A stretch of 64,000 bases of DNA. Source: a virus. Its lineage: Duplodnaviria; Caudoviricetes. Below the pieces are notes generated by a model. It ran no database searches and was not told where the DNA came from. It worked only from the letters and a program-made list of their open reading frames with translations. The stretch lies in the IMG/VR virus record IMGVR_UViG_2799112278_000002, positions 20,718 to 84,717 of that record, one strand, 5' to 3'. Position numbers and translations under genes: made by a program. Position 1 is the first letter of the stretch; the number at the start of each line of letters is the position of its first letter. Below, one piece after another: positions 35,392 to 44,997 of the stretch.

Positions 35392-35798
35392 AATGCAATC
35401 CCCCACAACTTATTGAGCCCTATAGATCGACATGGCTTACCGTTAATCTCCGAAGGTAAATAAGCAATATTTCTTTCAATAACCAAAATAATTGCCTCAA
35501 TTTGCTCATGCATCGCATATCGTTCAAGTTGCTTCAGAATACTTGTGCTGTTCGGCTTACCCTTCTTTACTTCTATTCCAATACCGCCATTACAGAGAAA
35601 ATCAATTCTGTTTCGCGGCCCCAAGCGATATTCTTTTTTGCATGTCAATCCTTGTTCTTTGAGCGCAACATTAATCATGTCTTGAAGCTGATACTCTTCT
35701 ATAATCTTAGGTATTCTTATTCGCGTAACGGCAGCAATTACTTCTTCTAAACGCTGCTCGACAGGAACTATTCCAGTAATACTTATCCCTCCCATCAA
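35388..35798 (-). CDS. PD-(D/E)xK-like nuclease-fold protein
   Basis: KEYRLGPRNRIDFL...IGIEVK...QLERYA. Confidence 0.6.
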   Translation of the reverse strand: MMGGISITGIVPVEQRLEEVIAAVTRIRIPKIIEEYQLQDMINVALKEQGLTCKKEYRLGPRNRIDFLCNGGIGIEVKKGKPNSTSILKQLERYAMHEQIEAIILVIERNIAYLPSEINGKPCRSIGLNKLWGIAL

Positions 35799-35820
35799 AA
35801 CCCAGTATTACTATTTGCCT

Positions 35821-36675
35821 TTAAGCATGTAACCTCCGCTTGTTCATTTCCCTTAACAAGTCTTTATCACTCAACTTGCTTAGATTTTCTATTTTTTGAA
35901 GATACGCTTTAGGCTTTCTGTCCTTAACCTTACGGCGTATTTTAAAATCTTCCTCAGTTGGGTCAAATAATTCAAAATCAGCCTCATTGGTGTACTTAAA
36001 CTTGTTTATGATTACCCACCACATGTTGTTGATATTGTGATAGACAATTCCGCGCATCAATCTACCACGATATCTAAAATATTTAACCTGCCCATTACAA
36101 ATTGTTTTTCCATCCCTATCAGTGTTGTTATAACTGCCTTCACACGTGGTACCGTGTAAATCTTTTAAATCGAAGTTCATATCCTTTTGGGGACGATGAC
36201 AATTATCAACTAAATGTTTTTTTACCTTATCTTCAGCAAATTTATATTTTTCATCAGATCTACTGTTGGCCCCCAAAGATTCCAAAAACATTGCTATTTT
36301 ATTAGTTTCGTTAATCCATGAAAGCCTGATTAAATAAGGGCACTTTTCATATTTATCAAAATCGTAACGGCCACCATTTTTATTTTCTGTAACAATTTCC
36401 TGATAGAATTGAAATTTAAACCCCCGGGGGTACCTATCCACGGCAAATCTTAATTCCCCCTTACTACCTACCCAATAGTCTTTTCTTATGCATTTTGCAA
36501 CATCCTTATCATAGCGAATATCAAACCCTCGATCTTTCATGTAATTGAGCAATCTATGCAGAATTACATAGTGACTATATTTATTACGGCTTGCCCAGTC
36601 ATGCTTTTCATCAGTATCATTTACGAAACTAAAAGACATGCGTTCACGGCAGCAATTATAGAAAAAACCCTTCAT
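35821..36675 (-). CDS. Conserved phage hypothetical protein
   Basis: ~284-aa ORF, RBS GGAGGGG. Confidence 0.6.
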   Translation of the reverse strand: MKGFFYNCCRERMSFSFVNDTDEKHDWASRNKYSHYVILHRLLNYMKDRGFDIRYDKDVAKCIRKDYWVGSKGELRFAVDRYPRGFKFQFYQEIVTENKNGGRYDFDKYEKCPYLIRLSWINETNKIAMFLESLGANSRSDEKYKFAEDKVKKHLVDNCHRPQKDMNFDLKDLHGTTCEGSYNNTDRDGKTICNGQVKYFRYRGRLMRGIVYHNINNMWWVIINKFKYTNEADFELFDPTEEDFKIRRKVKDRKPKAYLQKIENLSKLSDKDLLREMNKRRLHA

Positions 36676-37151
36676 ACCCCTTTCCCCTCCCAAACAACAA
36701 TTTCAGTGCGGCACCACTCCCAAGTACCAGGATCTACACGCCAATCCAAATCCACTTCTTTACTGTTATCATCTTTAAGCACACCAGCCTTAACCAGCCC
36801 ATCCATGATCCACTTAGGAGCCATATTATCTTTATCTCGGTCACGGTCAATATTGTAATAAAAGTTTATCCTCACAATGGGCTTGTGAAATACCCGCTTC
36901 ACTTTTCTTTTCCCGGACAGCAGCGCTCCTATCAACTCTTCCCATTGTTTCTTAGTCTCAGCTTTTTTCATGTAGTGCCACTTATCCCAATCATTTAAAC
37001 TTGGAGGCACATCATAGATAATAATGGTCAGTTTGCCAGGTTCATTTTTGACTTCAGAGTCTGGCCGCCTGCTCTTTTTCTTAGCGCGGCCATTTTTTTT
37101 ATTTACAATTAAGCCGAGTTTCCTCGCTTCTGCCGGTGATAATCGAAGCAC
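36672..37151 (-). CDS. RusA-like Holliday junction resolvase
   Basis: PPSLN, RDKDN..K.IMDGL..AG...DDN motifs. Confidence 0.75.
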   Translation of the reverse strand: MLRLSPAEARKLGLIVNKKNGRAKKKSRRPDSEVKNEPGKLTIIIYDVPPSLNDWDKWHYMKKAETKKQWEELIGALLSGKRKVKRVFHKPIVRINFYYNIDRDRDKDNMAPKWIMDGLVKAGVLKDDNSKEVDLDWRVDPGTWEWCRTEIVVWEGKGV

Positions 37152-37170
37152 TATTGAATCACCCCGCTAA

Positions 37171-37857
37171 TTACGAAATAAGCCTGCTTTCCAAAAAATA
37201 TCTTTTTAGTTTTTCATTTACTTGTTGGGACACTTTCTCATATACCCGCCAGCTACGTCCTAATCGCTTAATAATCGTTGCTTGCGTCGCACTCTCAATG
37301 TAAAGCCCAGTGAACACTATTCGTTCATGACCATCAAGAAGTTCAAAGATTTCGCGATACATTACTGGTGATTCAAAGTCTTCATACGACTTAACGCAGT
37401 CTCCTAAAGTAACAGGCTCCCCATCGCCGCTGTCGTAAACAACTTCATTCAAAGAAGATGTATAGCGCAGCCGTGAATACTCAAAAGCCCTTTTAACCTT
37501 TTTAACTGATACTTTCATTTTCTTAGCTATTTCCGTAACCTCTAATTTATCTAAGCCCTTTTTGCATATAGCTTTGTAAAGCTCTTTTGAAGGCCTTGCA
37601 AAAGTAATTAAGTCTGTTGAATTTCTCACAAAATGCTTAATTTCACCACATATTGTTAAGCTTGCATATGTACTAAACTTAAACCCTTTCGATGCATCAA
37701 AACCTTTTGCAGCTTTAACCAGGCCAACATTCCCTACCGCAACTAATTCGTCAAATTCAAAATGATTAAGCTGTGTAAAGAAATTCTTTGTGACGATGTA
37801 AACTGGCAACTTAATGTTGTCAGTAACAAGACGTTCCACCGTTATAGCATCATTCAC
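37171..37857 (-). CDS. Sigma-70 family factor, SigF/SigG/SigB-like
   Basis: DELVAVGNVGLVKAAKGFDASKGFKFSTYA...I.GEI..FVR region 2; SSLNEVV...G..VTL.D. Confidence 0.85.
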   Translation of the reverse strand: MNDAITVERLVTDNIKLPVYIVTKNFFTQLNHFEFDELVAVGNVGLVKAAKGFDASKGFKFSTYASLTICGEIKHFVRNSTDLITFARPSKELYKAICKKGLDKLEVTEIAKKMKVSVKKVKRAFEYSRLRYTSSLNEVVYDSGDGEPVTLGDCVKSYEDFESPVMYREIFELLDGHERIVFTGLYIESATQATIIKRLGRSWRVYEKVSQQVNEKLKRYFLESRLIS

Positions 37858-37894
37858 TTATAGCACCCCTATCATTGATATTATAGCCAACTAT

Positions 37895-37912
37895 ATTGCT
37901 AATTTTAGCAAT
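37895..37912. promoter_or_regulatory. Palindrome upstream of the sigma gene
   Basis: ATTGCTAA-TT-TTAGCAAT near a - strand -10 TATAAT (37880-37885). Confidence 0.5.
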
Positions 37913-37963
37913 CACAAGGGGATGGCAGTGCCACAAAAAACCATCCCCCGCAGCAATTACAAA

Positions 37964-38233
37964 TTATTCACCGGCGTAAACCTTATCCATCATTGTTAAT
38001 GCTTCTTCGCCTTTGGATGATAGTTTAATCTTTTTACCAGCGTAATCTCGCTGCAAGTATCCCCGGCGAAACAACTTATTGGTTAGGTAGTATTTGTACT
38101 TCTCTCCAATTTCACATAACATCTTTTCAGCCATATCGTACAGTTCATGGCTTCTTCCCGGTCCGTAAAAAATCAAAATAGCTTTTTCAACCACTGCTTG
38201 CGCATGCTGCTTTGTTACGTTTTTATCTTCCAC
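37964..38233 (-). CDS. Hypothetical protein (winged-helix-like)
   Basis: 89 aa, ..LFRRGYL...I.LS.KG. Confidence 0.5.
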   Translation of the reverse strand: MEDKNVTKQHAQAVVEKAILIFYGPGRSHELYDMAEKMLCEIGEKYKYYLTNKLFRRGYLQRDYAGKKIKLSSKGEEALTMMDKVYAGE

Positions 38234-38244
38234 TGATTATCCTC

Positions 38245-38655
38245 CTAAAACGGAATTTCTTCATCGATTACGTCACGTCCGAATTGCCCAAAATCAACTG
38301 GCTTGCTGGAGCTCGAAGAGCTATTACTATTAGATGACTCCATGCTTTGAGCGACAAAATTGGCGACTATCTCAGTTACCCGTCGCTTTTGTCCATCCGT
38401 AGTTTCATACGAACGAACCTGCAGACGGCCTTCCACAAATACCCGGTGTCCTTTCGCCAGGTTATTGCCGCACATCTCAGCTAAGTTTCCCCATGCCACA
38501 ATAGGGATAAAGTCCGTTGATTCCCGTTGTTCTTGCCCAGGCGCTCCAAAACTGCGAGAAACAGCTATGGTAAACGAACATACCGCCTTTCCTGTTTTGG
38601 TATATCGCACTTCTGGATCTTGTGCCAAGCGGCCAATGAGTTTAACTGAATTCAT
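38245..38655 (-). CDS. ssb: Single-stranded DNA-binding protein
   Basis: MNSVKLIGRLAQDPEVRYT...EGRLQVRSY; acidic DEEIPF tail. Confidence 0.95.
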   Translation of the reverse strand: MNSVKLIGRLAQDPEVRYTKTGKAVCSFTIAVSRSFGAPGQEQRESTDFIPIVAWGNLAEMCGNNLAKGHRVFVEGRLQVRSYETTDGQKRRVTEIVANFVAQSMESSNSNSSSSSSKPVDFGQFGRDVIDEEIPF

Positions 38656-39157
38656 TCTGTTCCCCCTTAAAATAATCTTCAGCTAACCTTTTTGCTTCAG
38701 TCAGCTTTTTAAACTCTTCTACGCTACCACCAACATCCGGATGCGCAGTTTTTATAAGCTCTTTATATTGATTCTTGCATTCTTCAAGTGTCGGAATTTG
38801 CGCAAAGCCCAATGTCTTGAAAAAATCCGGAATTACAATAGCGGCCGGCAGCATTTTAAATCCTTGTGATAATTGTCCAAAATCATATATCCCGCGCTCA
38901 CTTAATCTTGCGAGAGCTTCTAATGCGAGTACTACCTGAGCAAACGCATCACTGCCAAAACTGATCTTTTGCCCCTTTTCTACAGCCTTAGCCACAGTAT
39001 GTTCAAAACGGTATTTCTCGCCCATGTAGGTTACGTCTACATATCCACCATGCCGGTCATAGTTCCAGTCATACTCCGTTACTTTAAACCGCTCCATAAC
39101 ACGCTTCAGCTTTTTTTCATAAGCGGCAGCAGCGCCGTATTGCTTACCGGCCATCAT
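38642..39157 (-). CDS. J-domain protein
   Basis: C-terminal YKELIKTAHPDVGG (HPD). Confidence 0.8.
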   Translation of the reverse strand: MMAGKQYGAAAAYEKKLKRVMERFKVTEYDWNYDRHGGYVDVTYMGEKYRFEHTVAKAVEKGQKISFGSDAFAQVVLALEALARLSERGIYDFGQLSQGFKMLPAAIVIPDFFKTLGFAQIPTLEECKNQYKELIKTAHPDVGGSVEEFKKLTEAKRLAEDYFKGEQNEFS

Positions 39158-39573
39158 TCTCCCCCTTCCTCAAAATCTGGTTTATAAGCTTTACAATACT
39201 TATGACCGGAGCAGCTGTTATCTCCACAAGTCCACGTTTCACCATGACTATCTCTCAGCCATTTTGCACACCGGTCCAAATCAGCCTGAAATATTTTCCC
39301 TAAAACTATATAGCGTTCCTGGCTCTCAATATTATTTGCTGCACTTTGGATTTTGTCAGGAATATTATTTCTAGCCTTAAAATCATTAATGTTTTCGGTT
39401 ATCTCTTCAAAAAGCTTTTCTTCGTCCTCATTCTCATGTGGTTTATCGCGCAAAGCGTGTTTTACAATATAGGCCTTTTTGAGTGTTAAGCGGAAATAAA
39501 TCTTTTTATTACTCATAATCTTCCTCATACCACTTAGGCAAACATTTCTTGCAGACGTAGTTATTCGTTGCAA
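39154..39573 (-). CDS. Hypothetical protein
   Basis: ORF in operon; true start probably internal (MSNKK). Confidence 0.5.
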   Translation of the reverse strand: MQRITTSARNVCLSGMRKIMSNKKIYFRLTLKKAYIVKHALRDKPHENEDEEKLFEEITENINDFKARNNIPDKIQSAANNIESQERYIVLGKIFQADLDRCAKWLRDSHGETWTCGDNSCSGHKYCKAYKPDFEEGGE

Positions 39574-39757
39574 CCTTCTTTAGCGTAACGCCGCGGGCAT
39601 TGCACGTTGCACAACGGACAACGCCAGGTTGATTAGGCTTAGATGCTTCTTTAATTGCTGGAGCAAGCATCGCTGCCGTAAATTGTAATGAATCCAGAGT
39701 AGAATATGGGCCGCAAAAACTACTTGCAAGCGCTAATATAGGATTAATCATTACCAA
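39509..39757 (-). CDS. Hypothetical Zn-finger protein
   Basis: CATC...CKKC. Confidence 0.5.
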   Translation of the reverse strand: MVMINPILALASSFCGPYSTLDSLQFTAAMLAPAIKEASKPNQPGVVRCATCNARGVTLKKVATNNYVCKKCLPKWYEEDYE

Positions 39758-40253
39758 CCCTCCATTTTTCTACTGGCCATTCCCATAGCCTCTGCATGCC
39801 CTTGGCTGGAGCCGGATCTATCCGGCGGACGTTTGCTAGTATCCATGCGTAACGGCCACGGGTATAGTCCCCAAATTTCAGTTCATGGCCGAAGATTACA
39901 CGCCCATCTAACAGCCTCACCTTCTCTGTAATAACACCGGATACAAGACCCATATAACGATCTACGACTTGCAGGCAATCAACTAAATCAGCTATCGCTA
40001 TAACTGCGCCGACTGGCAAAAGCTGCGTTCTGCCGTATCCGTTCATTGCTAATTCTTCTTTTGTCATGCTAGGCCATAGTGCAGAGTGGAATGGATCGCG
40101 GTACGTAATTTCACGCCTTGCTAGTGACCAGTTCGCTCCTGCATGAATTGCAATCGGCCCCCGATATTTTGTAGACCAGCTTCTTGTCTCTATCCCCTTC
40201 ACTTTACGTGCAATGAGACTTGCCCACGGCTGCAGGATTGTTATAGCTTTCAT
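39744..40253 (-). CDS. ASCH-domain protein
   Basis: MKAITILQPWASLI...K.IETRSWSTKYRGPIAIHA. Confidence 0.9.
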   Translation of the reverse strand: MKAITILQPWASLIARKVKGIETRSWSTKYRGPIAIHAGANWSLARREITYRDPFHSALWPSMTKEELAMNGYGRTQLLPVGAVIAIADLVDCLQVVDRYMGLVSGVITEKVRLLDGRVIFGHELKFGDYTRGRYAWILANVRRIDPAPAKGMQRLWEWPVEKWRVGND

Positions 40254-40420
40254 TTCTCCAACCCCTTCGATTTAATATAATCCCTGCAGTCATCACAGAT
40301 CCGCAACTCGTTTCCGTTGAACTTATTTTTTATAACCTGTTTTGCTGGATGCTCACCGCACGTTTCACATTTATATTCGCACGCTTTATCCGAAGGACAC
40401 TGTATTACTATGGTTGGCAT
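40250..40420 (-). CDS. Small Zn-finger protein
   Basis: CETC...CDDC; start reassigned to 40420. Confidence 0.5.
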   Translation of the reverse strand: MPTIVIQCPSDKACEYKCETCGEHPAKQVIKNKFNGNELRICDDCRDYIKSKGLEK

Positions 40421-40421
40421 G

Positions 40422-40574
40422 TTAGTCACGCCCCCCGCTTTCAGCGTCCGGTCCCTCTCCATAATCTTTAGCGCACCTCTTGGAGTTCGGTACCATATAC
40501 ATGCACCCACTGCCGGATACCGAGCAATCCCATCTACCGCTATCAGGATCATAGCTGGCACATTTACAACTCAT
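40422..40574 (-). CDS. 50-aa Cys-rich ORF, not in track
   Basis: MSCKCASYDPDSGRWDCSVSGSGCMYMVPNSKRCA...; RBS GGAGG. Confidence 0.5.
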   Translation of the reverse strand: MSCKCASYDPDSGRWDCSVSGSGCMYMVPNSKRCAKDYGEGPDAESGGRD

Positions 40575-40580
40575 TTCTGC

Positions 40581-40766
40581 TCACCCCTCCTTCTTCGAAT
40601 TAAGGTAGTCGCCCTTTGCCTCGAAGTAAATATATCTACTACTCTGCTTAGCCGGTGTTGTAATGCCGTATTTATTCAACAAGCCTTTATACAAAGGATA
40701 TTGAGACTTTAGCACTTTAAACCTTGTAAATGTTTCACCAGCGACCTCGAAGATGCTCAACTCCAT
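40581..40766 (-). CDS. Hypothetical protein
   Basis: 61-aa ORF with RBS. Confidence 0.5.
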   Translation of the reverse strand: MELSIFEVAGETFTRFKVLKSQYPLYKGLLNKYGITTPAKQSSRYIYFEAKGDYLNSKKEG

Positions 40767-40769
40767 TTC

Positions 40770-41090
40770 TTATCTCCCCTCCTGCTCTGGTAGTGCCGGT
40801 AATGGCATATGATGAGTTACACCCGGCACTACATGTTCAAAGTCTTTTGTTAGATATTGCTGCTGATAATAAACTCCTTCCATCACGCCATACTTATAGG
40901 CCAACAGTAACCTTGCTTGTTTCGGCTCTTCCGTTACCGGTATCCAGTCCCTTTGCTGGCCTAACTTGGCTAGGCGCAATATTTCTCCGTTCGCTTCTGG
41001 CTCTTTTGTGTAATAATCTCCATTGTCCCATTCGTGATATTTGCAGAGTGCTAAGTCTCCCCGCTCTATCTGGCTTATTAGGTCGTTCAT
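40770..41090 (-). CDS. DUF551-like protein
   Basis: WIPVTEE...VTHHMPLPALP. Confidence 0.6.
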   Translation of the reverse strand: MNDLISQIERGDLALCKYHEWDNGDYYTKEPEANGEILRLAKLGQQRDWIPVTEEPKQARLLLAYKYGVMEGVYYQQQYLTKDFEHVVPGVTHHMPLPALPEQEGR

Positions 41091-41102
41091 ATTTGACCCT
41101 CC

Positions 41103-42863
41103 CTATCCTCTCGCATAGCGTTTAGTAACCTTTTCTTGTGGTACGCACAATTCCGGTAAATTGGCTCTTATAAGGGCTTCGGAGAACTGAGGCGGGACCG
41201 CATTTCCGCACCTGGCTACCTGGTCAGCTTTAGAATATTTCTTGCCGTCACAATCCCGGTCAATAATATAGTCTTCAGGGAATCCCTGGGCATTGAACAA
41301 TTCACGCGGTTCTAACATTCGCATGCCAATATCGACTATTTGGTAATTCTCGCCGTGTATGGTGACAAGGCCAAATTTGTCTTTTGTGGTTACTGTGTGC
41401 ATCGGTTCATCTACCGCTTGCCCTTCGCCAGTTCCGTAATATTTCATGAGGAAGGCCCTGACCTCTCCAAAGTGCAACCCGCCGGCTGTTATGGTTTGAA
41501 TTGGTTCCGTTACCTTCTGCCCTATATTTGTGCCTTTCATTTTAACTAAATGGCTTGTGACCAGGGCATTATGATCTACTGTTGTTACTGTAGGTATTGG
41601 CTTATCCATTCCTGAGCCAGGGCCAGTGTAATTGCCGCCGTAATGCTTTGCTAGAAAACTAGCTACCAGGGCGTACCTGGGCGACGCATCAACCACCATA
41701 AGCGGCCTTCCAAGGCTTTGCCCCCGCGTTTCTTTGTCCGATTGTTCGCCGTGGTACTGTATAAGTGTAGGTGTTACAAGAAACTGCTGATTTCCCGTTG
41801 TGATAGTTCTTGTCGGTGTGTCGACGCCACTACCTGGATGGCCCGTTGTATTAACCATAAGAGTTGGTGTAATCAGTAAGTGTTCTGCCTTTGTTACGAT
41901 GGTTGTTAACGGCTCCTCGATGCTGTATTGCATCCTATCAGCGCCAAACCCAGTCTGTCCGATTCTCGCAATGTAGGGGGTAACTATTCCCCATCCATTT
42001 TTTGCGGTTACAGTTTGCAGCGGCTCGTCTATTCTCTGCCCCCGGAAGTCAAGGCCATGATGATTGACTTTGATCACAAAAGGTTCGGGATTTTCTATTA
42101 CGAATTTTTGTATCCCCCTGGCTATCCGCTTCATTGTGTTTTCAGCCAGCGGCTTCTTCCGCTCAAATATCGATGGGCAAGGCAACGACCAGTCTATGCA
42201 CTCTGCCGCCGTCCTCCAAGGCTTCAGTTTGCCGGAAATGACCGCCTCGCTCTTTGGGTCGCCGTGTGTTGGTTTGGGCCAGCTAATCGGCATATTATCG
42301 CGTCTGGCAACTAGAAAGAAGCGTTTGCGAATAGTTGGTGATCCAAAGTCACAGGCTCTAAGTTCTTTCCAGTCTACATGGTAGCCATGCCGTTTTAAGG
42401 CATTAACGAAAGCTTTGAACGTATGGCCTTTTTTATCCGGGTCGGGCATTCCATTTTTCAGCAACGGCCCCCATGTTTTGAACTCTTCCACATTTTCCAG
42501 CATAATTACCCTTGGTTTCACCACTGCCGCCCACCGAACAGCAACCCACGCCAAACCGCGAATATTTTTTTCTACCGGCTTCCCGCCCTTGGCTTTGCTG
42601 AAGTGTTTACAATCTGGGCTAAACCAGCACAATCCAACTGGCCTGCCCCCTGTTACCGTTAAGGGGTTAATATCCCAAACCGATTCAAGGTAATGTTCTG
42701 TACCTGGGTGATTGGCCTTGTGCATCCTTATTGCGGCTATGCTATGGTTTATAGCAACGTCAACCTCTCTGCCTGTAGCCTGCTTTGCTCCCTGGGAATC
42801 TCCGCCGCCGCCGCAAAAGTTACTAACTAGGATTTCTCTAAACAAGTCCTCTAAGGGCTTCAA
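41103..42863 (-). CDS. C5-cytosine DNA methyltransferase
   Basis: NFCGGGG (motif I), SPDCKHFS (IV), MLENV (VI), TIRKRFF (VIII), CGNAVPP (X). Confidence 0.9.
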   Translation of the reverse strand: MKPLEDLFREILVSNFCGGGGDSQGAKQATGREVDVAINHSIAAIRMHKANHPGTEHYLESVWDINPLTVTGGRPVGLCWFSPDCKHFSKAKGGKPVEKNIRGLAWVAVRWAAVVKPRVIMLENVEEFKTWGPLLKNGMPDPDKKGHTFKAFVNALKRHGYHVDWKELRACDFGSPTIRKRFFLVARRDNMPISWPKPTHGDPKSEAVISGKLKPWRTAAECIDWSLPCPSIFERKKPLAENTMKRIARGIQKFVIENPEPFVIKVNHHGLDFRGQRIDEPLQTVTAKNGWGIVTPYIARIGQTGFGADRMQYSIEEPLTTIVTKAEHLLITPTLMVNTTGHPGSGVDTPTRTITTGNQQFLVTPTLIQYHGEQSDKETRGQSLGRPLMVVDASPRYALVASFLAKHYGGNYTGPGSGMDKPIPTVTTVDHNALVTSHLVKMKGTNIGQKVTEPIQTITAGGLHFGEVRAFLMKYYGTGEGQAVDEPMHTVTTKDKFGLVTIHGENYQIVDIGMRMLEPRELFNAQGFPEDYIIDRDCDGKKYSKADQVARCGNAVPPQFSEALIRANLPELCVPQEKVTKRYARG

Positions 42864-42951
42864 CCTCTTCCCCTCCCACTATGTTACATACCGTATCTAT
42901 ATATTTGTTTTGTTACATGTATTGGTGTGTTAATGGCCTAATGACGGGCTA

Positions 42952-43734
42952 TTACTCATAAATTACGGTTTGGTTTGGGTCTATTTTTTCGCCTCTCCCA
43001 TCGTCATACACCCACCAATTATACATATCTACTCCCGACTTCCATTCTTCCGGCATTTTGTGTCCAAGTGGTTTTTTTCTGTCAAATGCCATTTCACACA
43101 TTTTTAGATAATTACGAGCGTATGCAGGCCATCTTTCTGCTTCTTTGATCCTGTTAGCTACAGAAGTTAATGGACACATCACGCAGCCGATCCGGGTAAA
43201 TCCTTCGTCGTAAAGCGAGCAATACGGTAGGTTGTTTTGTTTTATATATTGCCAAACCTCTTGTTCAGTCCAGTCGATAATTAAGTTTAGCAGTCGTTTA
43301 CTGTTATCACGGTAACATTGTTCAACCATTTTGCGTTTGCCGCGCCTTGCCGACTCTTCCCACCTTACACCCGTTACCACTAAGCGACCTTTACCGCCAC
43401 TTTCCTTGTGGTCACAGCACCAACGCATTCGCCTGTTTGCAGGACCCCTTTTTGACATTACTAACCACTGACTAACTTTGGGATAATCTTTTATTACATC
43501 ATGGTAATGCTGATTAATAAATCTCACTAACTCAGGTGGGTCAAAACCACCAATACGATAATGAGCCTCATATTTAACTCCTGCTTTTTTAGCTAAGTCA
43601 AGAATCACCATTGAATCTTTTCCACCGCTAAACGCTATCCAGTATCCTTCCTCTGGTTCGAATTGCTTCAGGCGGTCTACGGCTACCTGAACCTTATCTA
43701 CTACGCCATACCATAGCGTGTTTTCTAGTAGCAT
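42952..43734 (-). CDS. PAPS-reductase-family protein
   Basis: AFSGGKDS PP-loop, RWCC, GVRWEES.RR, RIGCVMCP. Confidence 0.88.
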   Translation of the reverse strand: MLLENTLWYGVVDKVQVAVDRLKQFEPEEGYWIAFSGGKDSMVILDLAKKAGVKYEAHYRIGGFDPPELVRFINQHYHDVIKDYPKVSQWLVMSKRGPANRRMRWCCDHKESGGKGRLVVTGVRWEESARRGKRKMVEQCYRDNSKRLLNLIIDWTEQEVWQYIKQNNLPYCSLYDEGFTRIGCVMCPLTSVANRIKEAERWPAYARNYLKMCEMAFDRKKPLGHKMPEEWKSGVDMYNWWVYDDGRGEKIDPNQTVIYE

Positions 43735-44147
43735 TACCTCTCCCCCAATAGCTCTTGGTTATCCCATATATTGCCGACAAGAGTAATTGATGTTGTGTCT
43801 GTAAACCCACTAAGCGCCGTAAATTCCCGCCTGTGGCCCCACTCTACACCGATCTTGCAATTTTTAACCTGCAGTATTTCAGTAGCTTCCGCGATTACCT
43901 TCCCGGACCAATGGCACTTAATCGCAATGTGCAAGAGGTCGCCATGATATAGTTTTGTATCGTCAAGTACATGTAGCACCTGTCCTACTGTTTCGGGATC
44001 AACTGCTTCGCCAAAAACCTGGCAAAACCCATCTGAGTAGGAAGTGTATCTTTCGGCAATAAATGCGTCTGTATCTCCGTCTTGCAATAAATCGCCATAT
44101 ATCCACTCATTGTTGTCAAACCTCTTACCCCTATATAAACCTTGCAT
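43734..44147 (-). CDS. YopX-family protein
   Basis: YRGKR...WIYGDL...VDPETVGQ...GNIWDNQELL. Confidence 0.85.
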   Translation of the reverse strand: MQGLYRGKRFDNNEWIYGDLLQDGDTDAFIAERYTSYSDGFCQVFGEAVDPETVGQVLHVLDDTKLYHGDLLHIAIKCHWSGKVIAEATEILQVKNCKIGVEWGHRREFTALSGFTDTTSITLVGNIWDNQELLGER

Positions 44148-44710
44148 TATTGCTTACCCTCCCCTAGTACGGCCTGTAGGTCTTTTACCTTGTCAAGCAC
44201 CTGTGTTTCATAATCGCCATAATGAGCAAACTCTTCTGCCGGGGTGCTATAAACCGCAACTAAACTACGCGCTGCCTCTTCCATCTTCCGCAGTCTTTGC
44301 GTTTGGTCATTACCTTTGTTATCAGCATCCCATCCTACCAGGTCAATAGATTCCCTTAATGCTTCATATGCCGCTTCACTTGGCGCATCGCCCCTAGCAA
44401 GTTCGTCCATTATTGCGCAAGCATCGTCTGCGACTTGTTCCAGCTTCTTTACCCTGCTATACTCGGCTCCGGCTGTATTGGATAGGGCTTGGTCGATAAT
44501 CCCGTCATACATGTATACTTCACAAGCTTTAAGTCCCAAATGTGCTTCTTGTAAAGCTTCGCGCATAGCGGCTATAGTGGCCTGCTCTGCTGCTAGCTTG
44601 TCGCATAATCGATCATATGCACCAATAATACCAACACGGCAATTTATGCACTCTATACAACAATTTAATCCGTGCATGTTTATTATCCAAAGATGCTCAC
44701 ACTCGCTCAT
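44147..44710 (-). CDS. Hypothetical protein
   Basis: 187-aa ORF. Confidence 0.55.
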   Translation of the reverse strand: MSECEHLWIINMHGLNCCIECINCRVGIIGAYDRLCDKLAAEQATIAAMREALQEAHLGLKACEVYMYDGIIDQALSNTAGAEYSRVKKLEQVADDACAIMDELARGDAPSEAAYEALRESIDLVGWDADNKGNDQTQRLRKMEEAARSLVAVYSTPAEEFAHYGDYETQVLDKVKDLQAVLGEGKQ

Positions 44711-44727
44711 CTTTCAAACCTCCTTTA

Positions 44728-44997
44728 TCACATGTATCCATCCCAAATCTGTAATTTACCAAGCTCAAACTCAACTTTTCTCATAGCCCATGAAGCAAAG
44801 CTCAGCATTTGGGCTTCATATTCTTGTCCGACTCGCTGCCGACTTCCACGATTATGATGCATCTGAATAACTTGGTATACCACGATATCATCTTTACGCC
44901 GGTCCCCGGGGCCGGGGCAATAAATATCAGTTACAATTACCAGCTTTCTATTGCAACCTCGATATATGCCCCCGACCTTTATTTCCGACCTCTTCAT
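44728..44997 (-). CDS. Hypothetical protein (SH3-like)
   Basis: MKRSEIKVGGIY...SFASWA motif. Confidence 0.55.
   Translation of the reverse strand: MKRSEIKVGGIYRGCNRKLVIVTDIYCPGPGDRRKDDIVVYQVIQMHHNRGSRQRVGQEYEAQMLSFASWAMRKVEFELGKLQIWDGYM

Noticed and set aside
42952-43734. Dnd phosphorothioation system
   Set aside because: No dndA/B/D/E or ssp genes visible
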